Shown here: positions 1-11,713 of the stretch, in pieces
How the letters are laid out: each line of letters starts with the position of its first letter
How positions within the stretch are numbered: position 1 is the first letter of the stretch
Assembly: GCF_036971445.1 (NCBI RefSeq)
Contig: NC_091473.1
Location: 233,182,001-233,246,000, forward strand
Source of the DNA: Narcine bancroftii
Lineage: Eukaryota
Direction: 5' to 3'
Length of the DNA: 64,000 nucleotides
The notes under the pieces: generated by a model
Told to the model about the DNA's origin: nothing
The model's database searches: none
The model's input: the letters and a program-made list of their open reading frames with translations, nothing else
Program-made: the position numbers and the translations under genes

Positions 1-475
1 TGGGAGTTGGCAAATAATTGGCAGGAAAGAAACATACTATAACTAGGTCAAGTGAAAAAATAGAAAATAATAATTACAAGCAACTGATGAAGGTGATCGA
101 CAAGTAAAAAGTCGGGTTTCTGCAAGATAAGAAGAGCTCTGTGGAAAAATAGTACTTTGCGGAATATAAACTGAACTGAATGGCTAGCAAAAAAAAAAGT
201 TCTTGATCTTCAGATGTAAATCTGATTTTAAAAATGTTTGTTTTAAACAGAGGGTAGAATTGGTAGGATTGACATGATAAACTGAATAGCCTGTTTCCAT
301 GCTGTATGTCTCTTATAAGTCAAAGGATATCGTGCACACCGTGCGTGCCTTCTAATTCTAGGCACTTACCTGGTTTATTTTAGATCTCTCTCGAAGCATA
401 ATATTATTGTTCTATATTCAAGGGCGATGAATCATTGTAGCAAAACAGAGAGACTTTAATCAGAAATATATTTAC

Positions 476-778
476 CTGGTGGTGGCATGGCAAGGACATA
501 ATTGTCCAACTCTAACGACTCCCCCATTCCACCGTCATTGACCGATCTCACCCGCAAAGAAAGCATCTCCATTGGTTTTAAATTCTTGATCGTATATGAA
601 GTCAGTCCCACAGGAAAAGCATTGCATCTGGTCCAACTTGTATTTCCAGAAGATTTCATTTCGACAACATAACCTTTTGCTACTTCATTGACCTGGTATG
701 CTGGTGGAGTCCATGCTAGAGATATGGTTGAATAGGTGGAGTCTGTCACTCTGAGATCTCTCACAGTCCCAGGTGGCC
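476..778 (-). CDS. IGFN1: IGFN1 exon, FN3-3 (RPPGTVRDLRVTDST...LAMPPP)
   Basis: gcag/gtaaa borders, 303 nt, phase 1-1. Confidence 0.93.
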
Positions 779-1269
779 CTGCACACAGAAATAAATGTGC
801 AATGATCAAGATAGGTCTCTTCTGTAATTAACTCATTTATTTAATGCAATTACAAAATCAAAAACAGAGCAGATAACTTCATATTTTCCCCACATGAGAG
901 TTTCTTGTCCTCACCCATTCACAACCCATCGATAACCCCTCTGAAGCCTCTTTGAATTCTCCTCACAAACACTTCTGCAACCCACATTTGTATTGTCAGC
1001 AAACGTGGATATTTTAACATCTCAGGCATAATTGCAATTGTTGTAAATCTGAAATTAAATCAGATAATGTTGAAAATACTCAACGGGCACCATCTCCAGA
1101 GAGAGAAATAGAGTTCATATTTTACATTGAAGATCCTTCAAAACTGGAGAAAAGAGAAAACTGGTTAGTTCTAAGATGCAAAAAGGGTAGAGGAGAAATG
1201 GTTGAAACAAACAGAAAATCTTTGATAGAGTGAGACCAGGGTTTCTGAGGCGATTCTATTATTTTTAGA

Positions 1270-1890
1270 GCGGTACCAGAGCACGGCAGGCCCCGTTCTA
1301 TTCGCTTTACACCTATGACTGTGTGGCTCGGTACGACAACAACACCATCTACAAATTCGCTGACGATATCACGGCAGTGGGTTGCATGAAAAGAGGCGAT
1401 GGGTCAGCAGACAGGAGGGAGATTGAAAACTTGGCAAAATGGTGCACCGATTACAACCTCGCATTCAATGTCACCAAAACCAAGGAGCTGATTGTTGATG
1501 TCAGGAAAGGAAAGCCAGAGTTCTATGACTCAGTGACCATTGGGGGAATCAGGTGGAGAGGGTGAGCAAATGCACTAGGCACTATTGAGAACATTTAAAG
1601 CTGTCAGAGAACAGCAGCAATCATCAAGGATCCACACCACGCAACACACACTTTGTTCTCGCTGCTGCCATCAGGAAAGTAGTATAAGTGCCTCAAGACT
1701 CGCACCAACCAGGCTTAGGAACAGCTGCTACCATCCAGATGCCTCAACAACAAACTCAATCAGAGTCTCATTTCAGGAGTCACGCTTGTGCTCTTTATCG
1801 ATTTTTGTTTACATTCATGATTTGTTTAAAGTTCTTTATTGATTTACACGTATAAGCTGTGGACAATTTTATTTTGCACTGAAATAAAAG
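1270..1890 (+). mobile_element. Rex1/Babar-like LINE 3' fragment (decayed, internally deleted)
   Basis: KFADD...KTKELIVD RT remnant; same family as 24220-25330 and 51410-52620. Confidence 0.75.
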
Positions 1891-2802
1891 AATTGGATAA
1901 CTGAGGATATACAAAACAACCAGAAATCCTCATTTATCCAAATACTTTTCAGAGTCGAACTGATGTCACAGTTCGAAAAACATTCACTTGACGTGAAATT
2001 AATACGACGATTGTCCTCGTTTCAGGCAACTCCCTCCTCTCTCTCTCTTTCCATTTCTTCTTTACCATCCCATATTGACTTTTCTCTTCAACTCTCCCTC
2101 TCAAACTGCGTGCCACAGTCTCCCAGCCACAAGCGGTCAGAATCCCTTGCCCTGGTGTCATCAAGGAGAGTGGCTTCCCAAGCAGGAGCGGGACCTGAGG
2201 TGTTCTCTCCCCTCCCCTTCCTTCCTATCCACTTCTCTCCCTCCCTCTTCTCCCCTTCTTCACCCCTTCCTTCCCTATCTCCCCTCATATCCTCTTCCCT
2301 CCATCCCTCCTCGGCACACAAGTTCCCAACGCCGACTCCGAGCCCTTCCCTCGGCCTACGGCCTATGACCTCACACATAGGCCATGTGGTAGGCCTGGGG
2401 GAGGACTCAGAGTTGGGACTCCAGCGTCGGGATCTCCGGTGACCGGGGAGACTGGATCCCTCTGACTCGCCAGTGAGGGTATCATCGGCCTAGGAAGCCT
2501 CCCCGTGGCAGCGGTGGAGGTGTGTCGGGGGTCAGTGGCGACGGTTGGGTGGTCTCGGTCATCATCAGCAGAGGTTGCGACGTGTGGGGGTTTGGCGGCG
2601 GCCAGCATTTTTTTTGGTAGGAATTACTTTAACGCTTAAAACCCCTTTCCCTTCTTTGTTGTCGTTTAAACCTTGTTACAAGTGATTTGCTGTTTGCTAA
2701 CTGGGCTATTTAAAAAGAAAAATCACCAGTTCTCTGGGAAAAAAATCTTTTATCCAACGTAGGCACAGTCCCAACCATTTCGGAGAGTCAGAGTTGTAAC
2801 TG
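1890..2802. mobile_element. Putative Tigger/pogo-like non-autonomous DNA element with GC/CT-rich interior
   Basis: ggataa/ttatcc subterminal motifs; ends ...aactg|ta. Confidence 0.4.
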
Positions 2803-2814
2803 TATGTACTCTAA

Positions 2815-3095
2815 CGATAATTACGAAATCACTATCTTGGAGGATCTTTCCACGAGCAACGCTCGGATGGCACCATGAAGAAAGCACATCAGTGCCTCTG
2901 CTTCGTCAGGAGTGTGCGGAGATTTGGTATGACATCGAAAAACCTGGCAAATTTCTCCAGAGGTGTTGTGGAAAGTGTGCTGACCGACTGCATCATGCTG
3001 TGGTACGGGGACACCAATACCCCTGAGTGTAAGACCCTGCAAAAGATACTGGACACAGCCCAGGCCATCACAGGCAATACCATCCCCACTATCAT
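2815..3095 (+). mobile_element. Rex1/Babar-like LINE fragment
   Basis: KKAHQ.L.F.R..RRFGM..VESVLT.CI..WYG peptide. Confidence 0.75.
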
Positions 3096-4201
3096 GGAAC
3101 ATTTCAGCACAGTACAGGCCATTTGGCCCGCAATGTTGTGCCAACCCATAAAAAAAGTATTGAACCCTCCCTATCCCATAACCCTCCACTTCTCTTCCTG
3201 CCTAAGAGATTTTAAATGCCCCTAATGTTTTGGCCTCTACCACCATCTCCGGCATTTTCCCATGAAACATGAGGAGGGTCACTCAGTATGGTCCTCATCA
3301 GCCGGTGTGAGTGGCAGAGGATTGAGACTGAGATCTCACTGATTAGATTTCTTATGCTTGGATGATGCACGCCAGAGGAATGAAAGGGAATAGTTATTTA
3401 CCTCTCTCCCACAAAATGCTTTGAATCTTTATTTGCTGGGGTTTTTAAAAAAAAATGTTCTAAGCTCCCCTCCCCAACCCTTTTAAATGATTACTAAACA
3501 ACTCCATCCCCGGTACAATTCAAGCACTAATAGTAATTCAATAAATGTGGTAAAAACTGCTATGACGCTATGATTGGCTGCTGCCAAGACCGATCCTTCC
3601 CATAGCCCTTTGCACACTCCCCATTCCACTCTGCCCTGATCAGTCAATGAGGTTCATGGCTCCTCCAGTCTATAGTTAATAAAAATCCCATCAGTTTCAC
3701 AACTTCAGTCTTTTGTGATTAATGACGGTGCATCAATTTTATAAAATTGATTATAATTTTTCAAAAAAAGACATGGAACAATACCTGAAACCTGAAAACC
3801 TCAACATCGAATCTCAATCGCCTGATTGAGTATGTTTGAACTCTGGCTACGCTGTTTTGAAGACCAAAACAACTGTGATTAAAAACAAATACTTAAATAG
3901 CGTTACTTTTTTTACGTTTCCTGTTCTTCCCTGTATCCTCACAATCCCATGCAAATGAATTGGCCCAGGACCTTGCTCCACATACAATCCCTATAGGATC
4001 AGAAAGTACAATCCCTACATGAACTGCTGGGGAATATCGACAGTTTGACTTAAGGTGAAGCCTGAAAGTGAAGCAATACAATGAAATCACTGGATTAGCA
4101 GTGGATTTCAGACAGTAAATTCAGGAAATATATTTAGCATCATTGTACATTTTCATACTCAGCTGCTACCCTGCAGGTAAAGTAGACATGGAAGGACTTA
4201 C

Positions 4202-4330
4202 TTATGGGATCCCGAGCAAATACTGAATCAGTTTCACAGCTGGGTTCTCCTGACCCCGCGGAATTCACTGCAGTCACTCGGAACTCATACTCTAGCCCTT
4301 CAACGACATTAGTGACTGTCCACTTCATAT
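4202..4330 (-). CDS. IGFN1: IGFN1 exon, FN3-2 second half (DMKWTV...YEFRVTAVNSAGSGEPS...ARDPI)
   Basis: acag/gtaag borders; YEFRV.A.N..G motif. Confidence 0.93.
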
Positions 4331-5355
4331 CTGTGGAAAAGAGGCCCAAAATGTCTTACAGATCATAACAATCTTAAGATGTTGAACTGATGCACTCAAT
4401 GTACCATTAAAATGGATGTTGGTTCTTAATTTTTAACTTTTCAGATTCTAAGCATTCAAGTAAATATCTCCACTTTGCATGCCAGCAGCTTCTGCAAAGA
4501 TAGAACAGTAAGAATAGGGAGATCTAAATGTAACAAATCATATGAGGTTTTACTTAAAGTGGGATGATTAAGTACAAAGGGTAAAACCTGAAAGTCTGTA
4601 GACACTGTGAATGAGCCTGAAATGTTGGTTATGTATCTTTATCTATGCTATATAAAGAACACTGTTTGACCTGCTGAGTTTCACCAGCCTTGTGCTTTTA
4701 TTGTTAAGTTTAAATATACAGCAAATTGAACAAGACTACGGAACTTGCCTTTAATTATGGGGCCAGATGATCCTTTTGAACATGAACAGCTACTTCTATT
4801 CTAAATTCTTTTTAAAACATGCGAAAATTAAGAGGCAAGACGTTGTGGTAGCCTTAGTTGAAGGTGCATTTTTGTTCGATCAAAATAATATTTTGCTTCA
4901 TCCAAAATATTTTTTAAGTGAGGGAGTTAATGAGCAGCTCTTGGTGGTACCTGACTGGCATGTTGGCTGGATTAATCTGGGACATTAAAATTCATTTTAA
5001 TAGTCTAATTATAGTTTGTGGCCATTGCTATTTTTCACTGAGAAACGATGACCTGCTATGTGAAATTTTTTTAAAAGTGGCATTGCATGGAAATCTGAAA
5101 TAAAAATAAAAAATGGTAGAAGCGCTCAACAGGTCAGGTAGCATCTGATAGAGAAACAGAATTAACGTTACAGGTGAGGGATCGTACAGTCAGAAAGCAT
5201 TTTTTTTTCCATAGATACTGCCTAACCTGCTGAGCATTTTCATAAATTCCTGCTTTATATGTGAAATTATTTGCTAAATATTGGGGTGTCTGCAACTTGT
5301 GTTAAATGGTCAGTCATTTAGAGTAATTCTGCAAATGGTTTGTCTCTATTACCTG

Positions 5356-5521
5356 ACAAAAGACAAAAGAGGAAAACCCCAACACCCAACCCCAACCAAC
5401 AAATTTTCCGCTGCAACTGTGTCTGCCTGTCCCGCATCGGACTTGTCAGCCACAAACGAGCCTGCAGCTGACTTGGACATTTACCCCGCCATAAATCTTC
5501 GTCCGCGAAGCCAAGCCAAAG
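5356..5521 (+). mobile_element. RTE LINE 3'-end fragment inserted at the IGFN1 splice donor; TSD ATTACCTG (5348-5355, 5522-5529)
   Basis: Near-identical to the 3' end of the RTE at 62518-63860 (CCATAAATCTTCGTCCGCGAAGCCAAGCCAAAG). Confidence 0.93.
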
Positions 5522-5526
5522 ATTAC

Positions 5527-5700
5527 CTGTAATTGGATGGTCAGTGACAACAGTCCAAGTATTGCTCCCCTTCTTGCGTTTTTCTATGATATAACCAATT
5601 AAGTTGGAACTTTCAATCTTTTTTGGGGGAGTCCATGACAATGTAATGGACTTGCTGTTTGCATTCAGAATTTTTGGTGTTGCAACAGGTCCAGGAACAG
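5527..5700 (-). CDS. IGFN1: IGFN1 exon, FN3-2 first half (AVPGPVATPKI...WTVVTDHPIT)
   Basis: gcag acceptor; CAG|gtaatc donor; a second duplicated donor lies at 5353. Confidence 0.92.
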
Positions 5701-5797
5701 CTGCAAAATAGGCTTATCATCAGACATTATATTTAGTGGCTATCTTACTACTTTATAAAAAATGGTCAGTACTTGGTTCAGTTTTACTAGAACCCAC

Positions 5798-6097
5798 CTC
5801 TTTTACCAACTCTGACTGTATCGGATATCAAGGCCCCACTTACACCTTCAGAATTTGCTGCCCAGACTTTGAATTTATAATTCTTTCCGGGCTCGACTTT
5901 GGAAAAAGAAAATGTTGTTTTTAACTCGTTCACTTCACCAAGTTTAGTCCATATATTTCTTCCCACCAGTTGTTTTTCTATTAAGTAGTGTTGGATAGGT
6001 TTCCCGCCATCATCCTTGGGTGGTTTCCATTTAAAGGTGATACAACTGTCAGAACTCTCCAAAACCTCTATAGGTCCCTGAGGAGCCTGTGGCTTAT
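5798..6097 (-). CDS. IGFN1: IGFN1 exon, FN3-1 (DKPQAPQGPIEVL...WKPPKDDGG...); donor at 5798 or 5807
   Basis: FN3 motifs; two in-frame candidate donors 9 nt apart. Confidence 0.9.
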
Positions 6098-6292
6098 CTG
6101 AAAAAGACCATGAATAAAATATTCATTTCAAATTAAACTGAATATTATTTTTTATGGCATTAAAGTTAACAGGTTAAATATCAAAACTTTTAGGAGATGT
6201 CAAAGAAAATCTGGCATCTTTTAAATATTTCTGTTCAAAGGAATTTATGGAATTTTGCAACATCTGGTTGTGTATTAATTTTTGTTTACTTT

Positions 6293-6515
6293 AGGTATAT
6301 AGCACAGTAACAGAACCTTCCGACCCACAAGTCTGAGCCACCCAAATGCATCATTCAACCTAGGTTTTGAAGGGTGGGGGAAACCAGAGCACCTGGAGGA
6401 AACCCACACAGACACAGGGAGAACATACAAAATCCCTACAGACAGTGCCAGATTCGAACCTGGGTCGCTAGCGCTGTAATAGCGTTATGCTAAATGCTGC
6501 GCGAACCATGCTGCC
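6293..6515 (-). mobile_element. tRNA-derived SINE (HE1/V-SINE-like)
   Basis: B-box GGTTCGAATC on the minus strand; shared core with about 10 copies in the window. Confidence 0.8.
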
Positions 6516-6689
6516 TTTTCTAGCCAAATTTAAAAATATTCTTTTTTTTTTAAATTCAACACACTGAATATAAAATAAAAGCACATCACTGCTCTGAAAG
6601 TTAGGGGCCCTATTATTAGTACCCTGTACTATTTAATCCTGGGATTGTCCTATGTATTATTTAAGACTCAAATATATATTTAATTTTAA

Positions 6690-6932
6690 TTTAGACAGAC
6701 AGCATGGTAACAGGCCCTTCGGCCTACAACCCCATGCTGCTCAAATAGACCCAGTTGACCTACAACCCACGTATGTTTTGAACAGTGAGAGGAAACCAGA
6801 GCCTTCAGGGAAAAGCCATGCAGACACGAGGAGAACATATAAACTCCTTACAGACAGCGTGGGATTCAAACCCTGGTCCTGATCTCTGATGCTGGAACAG
6901 CGCGGCACTAACTGCTATACTAACCATGCCGT
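6690..6932 (-). mobile_element. tRNA-derived SINE copy
   Basis: Same family core (ctgtctgtaaggagttt...ctccc.gtgtctgc). Confidence 0.8.
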
Positions 6933-7421
6933 CCTATTATAACAAATGTTGTGTTTATTTTCAGACAACCAATATATAATGAGTGATTTTACACAAAATA
7001 TGGTGCATTAACATCCAAAATAGGGATAAAAAAGTGGACAGGCACATAGAATAACATTTATCCCCAGTAATTCTTACAGTTCTAATAAGAAGAGGTGTCA
7101 AAATAAAACAGAACAATTTGAGATGACATTTCCAATCTCAGCTGTACAGAATTAAGTCTCGTTCTTTGAGCAGTTATGAGAAAAGGAACCATGAGAAGAA
7201 TTAGTCTCCACTGAAGCATTGCTGTCAGGTACTGACCAGCTATGTGTGATACACAGAACAGAAAGTAGAGAAAGGGGAACAATCAACACGCAAGAGGCTA
7301 TTTTAAACCTAAATAGCAACTGTTGGCTAGCTAGACATGATCTAAATTTGATACGAATCAACCAGGTGACTGTAGATGAAGAGAGAAGTATTTCAAAAGG
7401 AAGAAGTAATTGATACCTTAC

Positions 7422-7721
7422 CAGTGACGCTCAGGTGAATGTTGTTTGCACTTGTCGTACCACTTTCGTTCTTCAATTTAACGGTTAACCTTCCACTGTC
7501 CTTTCTGTTGCAATTGGAGATTGACAATTGTGCAAAATTTCCAGTGTTGTCAATTCTGATTCTGTTGTCATTGAACAGTTCATCGCCATCCTTGTACCAA
7601 GACACCTTTGTGGGTGGTTTTCCTGAGAAGGGTACTTTCACTGTTGCTGTATGACCAGCCTTCACAAGTATAGGTTTCTTTCCCAGTTGGTCAAGCGCAT
7701 CCTGGTCAAATTCTGGTGGAG
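7422..7721 (-). CDS. IGFN1: IGFN1 exon, Ig5 (APPEFDQ...VKAGHTATVKVPF.GKP...)
   Basis: tcag/gtaag borders, 300 nt. Confidence 0.93.
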
Positions 7722-8251
7722 CTGATGTTAACCAGCAGCACTAATGAGCATCAAGGGTGACAACTCACAATAAATGAATACATATAAATTATTTTTTTCC
7801 TAAAATATTGTTTACAACCAAATAATTTTGTTGTGACCATTTACTATTAATTAATTGCAGGATGAGTTAATAGGGAAATAGCAATTTGTTACTTATTAAT
7901 AATAGTCAATCTTTAAACATTTTATTTAAAGTTCAGTTGTAACATAATGAGCAACTTGTTAAAAAGTAATATGTAGTGTAAAAGGTGAAGTGTGTAAGTA
8001 TACTTTGGTGATCTATGAATTACCCTGCTAAGCAATGAGAAAACCCATAAAGCCTGCAGATGCAATATTCTACAACTTCTACAATTGTAGGTAAACTTGT
8101 TGAGAAGAAAATTAAATATATCAAGGGAAGGATTTCTATAAACCCCACTGGAGAATAGTTGTATTTTCATTTCTCCTACTATTTTTAGATTTGAATTTTA
8201 TTCACTGTTACAACATTTGCAATTTTTAATAAATATTTCAAATTACAGTAC

Positions 8252-8393
8252 CTTTAACAAATAGTGAACCTTCAGTCCTTCCTCCATCAGCTTCAAATGT
8301 ATATATCCCGGAGTCCTCCTCCTGGACCTGAGCTAGGGTCAATTTTTGTACTGCTCCTTCCTTCGTGATGATCTTTCCATTTCCAGAGATGAT
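8252..8393 (-). CDS. IGFN1: IGFN1 exon, Ig4 second half (IISGNGK...EEDSGIYTFEADGGRTEGSLFVK)
   Basis: catag/gtact borders; DSGxY motif. Confidence 0.9.
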
Positions 8394-8444
8394 CTATGAG
8401 CACAACAAAGAGAGATTAAATATCTGCAGGTTGCATTGTGTTGC

Positions 8445-8697
8445 TGAGAAAACACGGAAACGCTGGAGGAACTCAGCAGGTCTTGCAGGGTCCGTGGGAG
8501 GTAAAGATATAAACAGTAATCGATGTTTCAGTCCTGAACCCTACTTCAAAGAATGAAGCTCGTATTTTGAAGAAGGGCTCAGGACTGAAATGTCAATTAT
8601 ATATCTTGAACTCCTATGGACACTGAGACCTGCTGAGTTCCTCCAGCGTTTCTGTGCTCTCACTCAATCACAGCGTCTGTTAACTTTAGCATTTCAC
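8445..8697. mobile_element. Penelope-like terminal-repeat remnant in inverted (hairpin) arrangement
   Basis: GAAACGCTGGAGGAACTCAGCAGGTC ... GACCTGCTGAGTTCCTCCAGCGTTTC arms; related pieces at ~4580-4700, 5090-5260, 11460-11655, 14440-14555, 42680-42785 and 46300-46520. Confidence 0.6.
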
Positions 8698-9611
8698 TCT
8701 ATTGTGTTGCTGCTCGTTTTAACAAATAGAGGAGGACCTCTCAATGCAATGCTCTGAACTGAAGGCAATAGCTCTCAACTGAAACTCCATGAGCATCAGA
8801 ATACAAGAAACAAACTGGGTGATGAGAACACGAATCAACCAGGTGACTGTAGACTACTTTCAGATGCAAGATTGAAGTAACTTTGATGCACTGGTACCTC
8901 TTCATTATAAATTGTTGTAGCATAATGCACAAAATTCTCCTGTAATAAATCACCCCTGTGATCATAAAACCCCCCACTCTTCCATTCTCACTAATCCTCC
9001 CCTGTGACCACCAAAAATACGCCCCAGTTTGAAATAAGGACATGATTCCACTTGTCTTCACCTACCACCCCACCGTATTATTCTCCACAATTTCCGCCAC
9101 CCCCATCTTAATCCCACCATCAGAAACATCTTCCTTTTCCCTCTCCATTTTCCACAGTGACCACTCCATCCAGGACTCCTTCATCCACTTATCCCTTCCC
9201 ACTAATCACCCCCTCAGTACCAATCCCTGTGACTGCAAAGCCACGCAGCTTCCAGTGCAATTGCATCTGTGCAGCTCTCTGTCAATAGTAGTTGTAGAGA
9301 GGCTTCTGACCATTCAAGTAACATTAAATGTGAGCCTTCAGACTTACTACAATTTGGTTATTATTTTAAGCTGATTGCAACAATTGTGATTCACAACACT
9401 GTGCAAGAAAATCTTATCTGTATATTTTGGGCGTTGCACAAATTTTGATATCACAAAGCAATCTGAATACTATTAAAGTATATAAAACACAAATACATTG
9501 TGTTTATGTCATTTTTGTACCACACTAATTCCTTTTGGTTCCTGAAGTAAACCAGGGCTTTTAAATTATTCATCCAGTTTCAAACGATTTAATTCTTTGT
9601 CTCTGAGCTAC

Positions 9612-9736
9612 CTTTTTTCCATCTTTAAACCAAGAACCTTGTGCTTCTTCATTCTTCATTTCACAACAAAGTTCAGCTACCTCTCCCTTCTTCACACTCA
9701 TATCTGAAAGACCACTTTTGAAATTGTGAGCTCCAT
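9612..9736 (-). CDS. IGFN1: IGFN1 exon, Ig4 first half (DGAHNFKSGLSDM...WFKDGKK)
   Basis: atag/gtagc borders; WFKDG motif. Confidence 0.9.
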
Positions 9737-9954
9737 CTATATTATTGCACAGGAAAACCTGATGTGAGTAAAATGGCTGAAGCAAGTCAAAAATTAAAAA
9801 AGATCTATGCAGTTGAATACATGGTATAATGTTAATCATTCCAGTCTTAACCACATTTATGATTATTCATTAAACATTTATGTATTCCAGTAATATCTGG
9901 TTTCTAACATAATTTGAGTTGGGATCAAAACTTTAAAACAAATTTAATTCCATT

Positions 9955-10170
9955 TATTACAGCGCCAGCAAATGGAACCAGGGTTCGTATCCCACACTGT
10001 CTGTAAAGAGTTTGTACATTCTCCCCACGTCTGCTTGTTTTTTTCCCCCAGGGCCTCTGATTTCCTCCCACTCTAAAAAAATGTACCTTGGGTTGTAGAT
10101 CAATTGGGTGTAAATTGGGCTGCATGGGCTCATAGGCCAAAATGGCCTGTTATCGTGCTGTATGTCTAAA
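9955..10170 (+). mobile_element. tRNA-derived SINE copy
   Basis: Same family core. Confidence 0.8.
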
Positions 10171-10507
10171 TTTGAAAAACAACCAAGATTTCTTTATCCA
10201 TGCAACATAAGACAGGCAAAAATATTTTGTACCATTTTTAAATGCCTGGCTATATTGTTAGTTTTTCCATTCCATCTTAAACTAACAACACTATGCAATA
10301 ACATAAGTTATGACAAGTCAAGTGAAGTTTATTATCATCTGATTGTACAAGTATAACCTGATGAAACAACTTTCTCTGGTCCTCATTCCACATAAAACAT
10401 GAAAGGCTCGATTTCAAATAATGGACTAATTTACTGTTATTAAAATTGTTAAATATATTGTGGTCTGGAGTTTCTGTTGCCATGCACTTTTGTTTTTACA
10501 GTGCAAG

Positions 10508-10745
10508 TTGGCGTAACTAGATTGGTGTAGCAGTAGCGCAAAGCCTTTACAGCGCCAGCGATCAGGACAGGAGTTCAAATCACGAGATGTCTTTAAGGAG
10601 TTTTTACATTGTCCCCGTGTCTGCTTGGGTTTTCCCTGGGGGCTCCAGTTTCCTCCCACCATTCAAAACATACTGGGGGTGTAGGTTAAATTGGGTGGCA
10701 CGGACTTGTGGGCTGAAATGACCTTTTACCATGCTGTACGTCTAA
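10508..10745 (+). mobile_element. tRNA-derived SINE copy
   Basis: Same family core. Confidence 0.8.
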
Positions 10746-11713
10746 ATCAAAAATTAAATTAAAAAACTGGTAGAAAAGTAACAGAGAATTACAAGCACAA
10801 TTGACATCCAGCTTAATTCATGTTACTGTTTTATTTTGTTTCCTGGTCTGTTGGCAATAACCATGTCAAATTTCCACTGGCTGGTGTCTCTGGTGAAACT
10901 TATTGAAATTAAGTCAAGACAGTGGTTACCCTTTACAGTACTTCCAATGGATGCTGAATGGCCTGCTGAGTTTCTTCAATGCATTGCATTGAAATTAAAC
11001 AGTTTGGCTTGAACCACATGGAAACAAAAAAAAACTGTTTGAAAGATTTTGAAAAAGTATTAACAAATCATCAATTATCAACACATGGTTCTACAATTTC
11101 AGTAACATGCTATTTTGAAATCACTTATTGATCAGATTGCACCTCAAATCACACTACAATGAAGATACTGATGCAATTCTTTAAAATATATATTGTAAAG
11201 CATAACTTCATGGTAGAATTTAAGATGAGGATGTTTGAACAGAAGTTTTGGAACCAAAATCATTTCTGCTCATAAATATAAACGTGGGATTATCTTGCCC
11301 CACAACTAATGTGCCAATTTCTGGAAATAATCAATTCAGGAAGGAGTAAGAGTTCCAAAGTAAATATGTCCATAACCACAGTCTAACCAAAGGTTCGAGA
11401 TTCAATCACAAAGCACTTAACTAAATGTACAGTTCCAGGTACAAGATACATCCCAATCGTCAGAGGAATGCAATGCACAAGTGTGCTGGAGAAACTCATG
11501 TAAAACCCAGAAAGTAAAGAACAAGCGAAACTTTGGGTGCCAAACATTGGTTATTCCTTACTTCATATGGGAGGCTGCATGACCTGCTGAGTCTGTCCAG
11601 CATGGTTGTGTATTGTACTCGACCCCAGCACCTGCAGACTTTCTTGTTTAACTCCATCATAGAAATTCACAATTTTACTCCATTATTGTAAGATTGATGA
11701 TTTTTTTTTTTAC

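Noticed and set aside
365-415. Strong donor-like CAG|gtaagt on the minus strand near 370
   Set aside because: The nearest acceptor gives an immediate stop and no IGFN1-like peptide; the next true exon probably lies outside the window
1963-2608. Overlapping 80-160 aa ORFs
   Set aside because: Low-complexity CT/GC-rich interior of a probable DNA element; no splice or homology support
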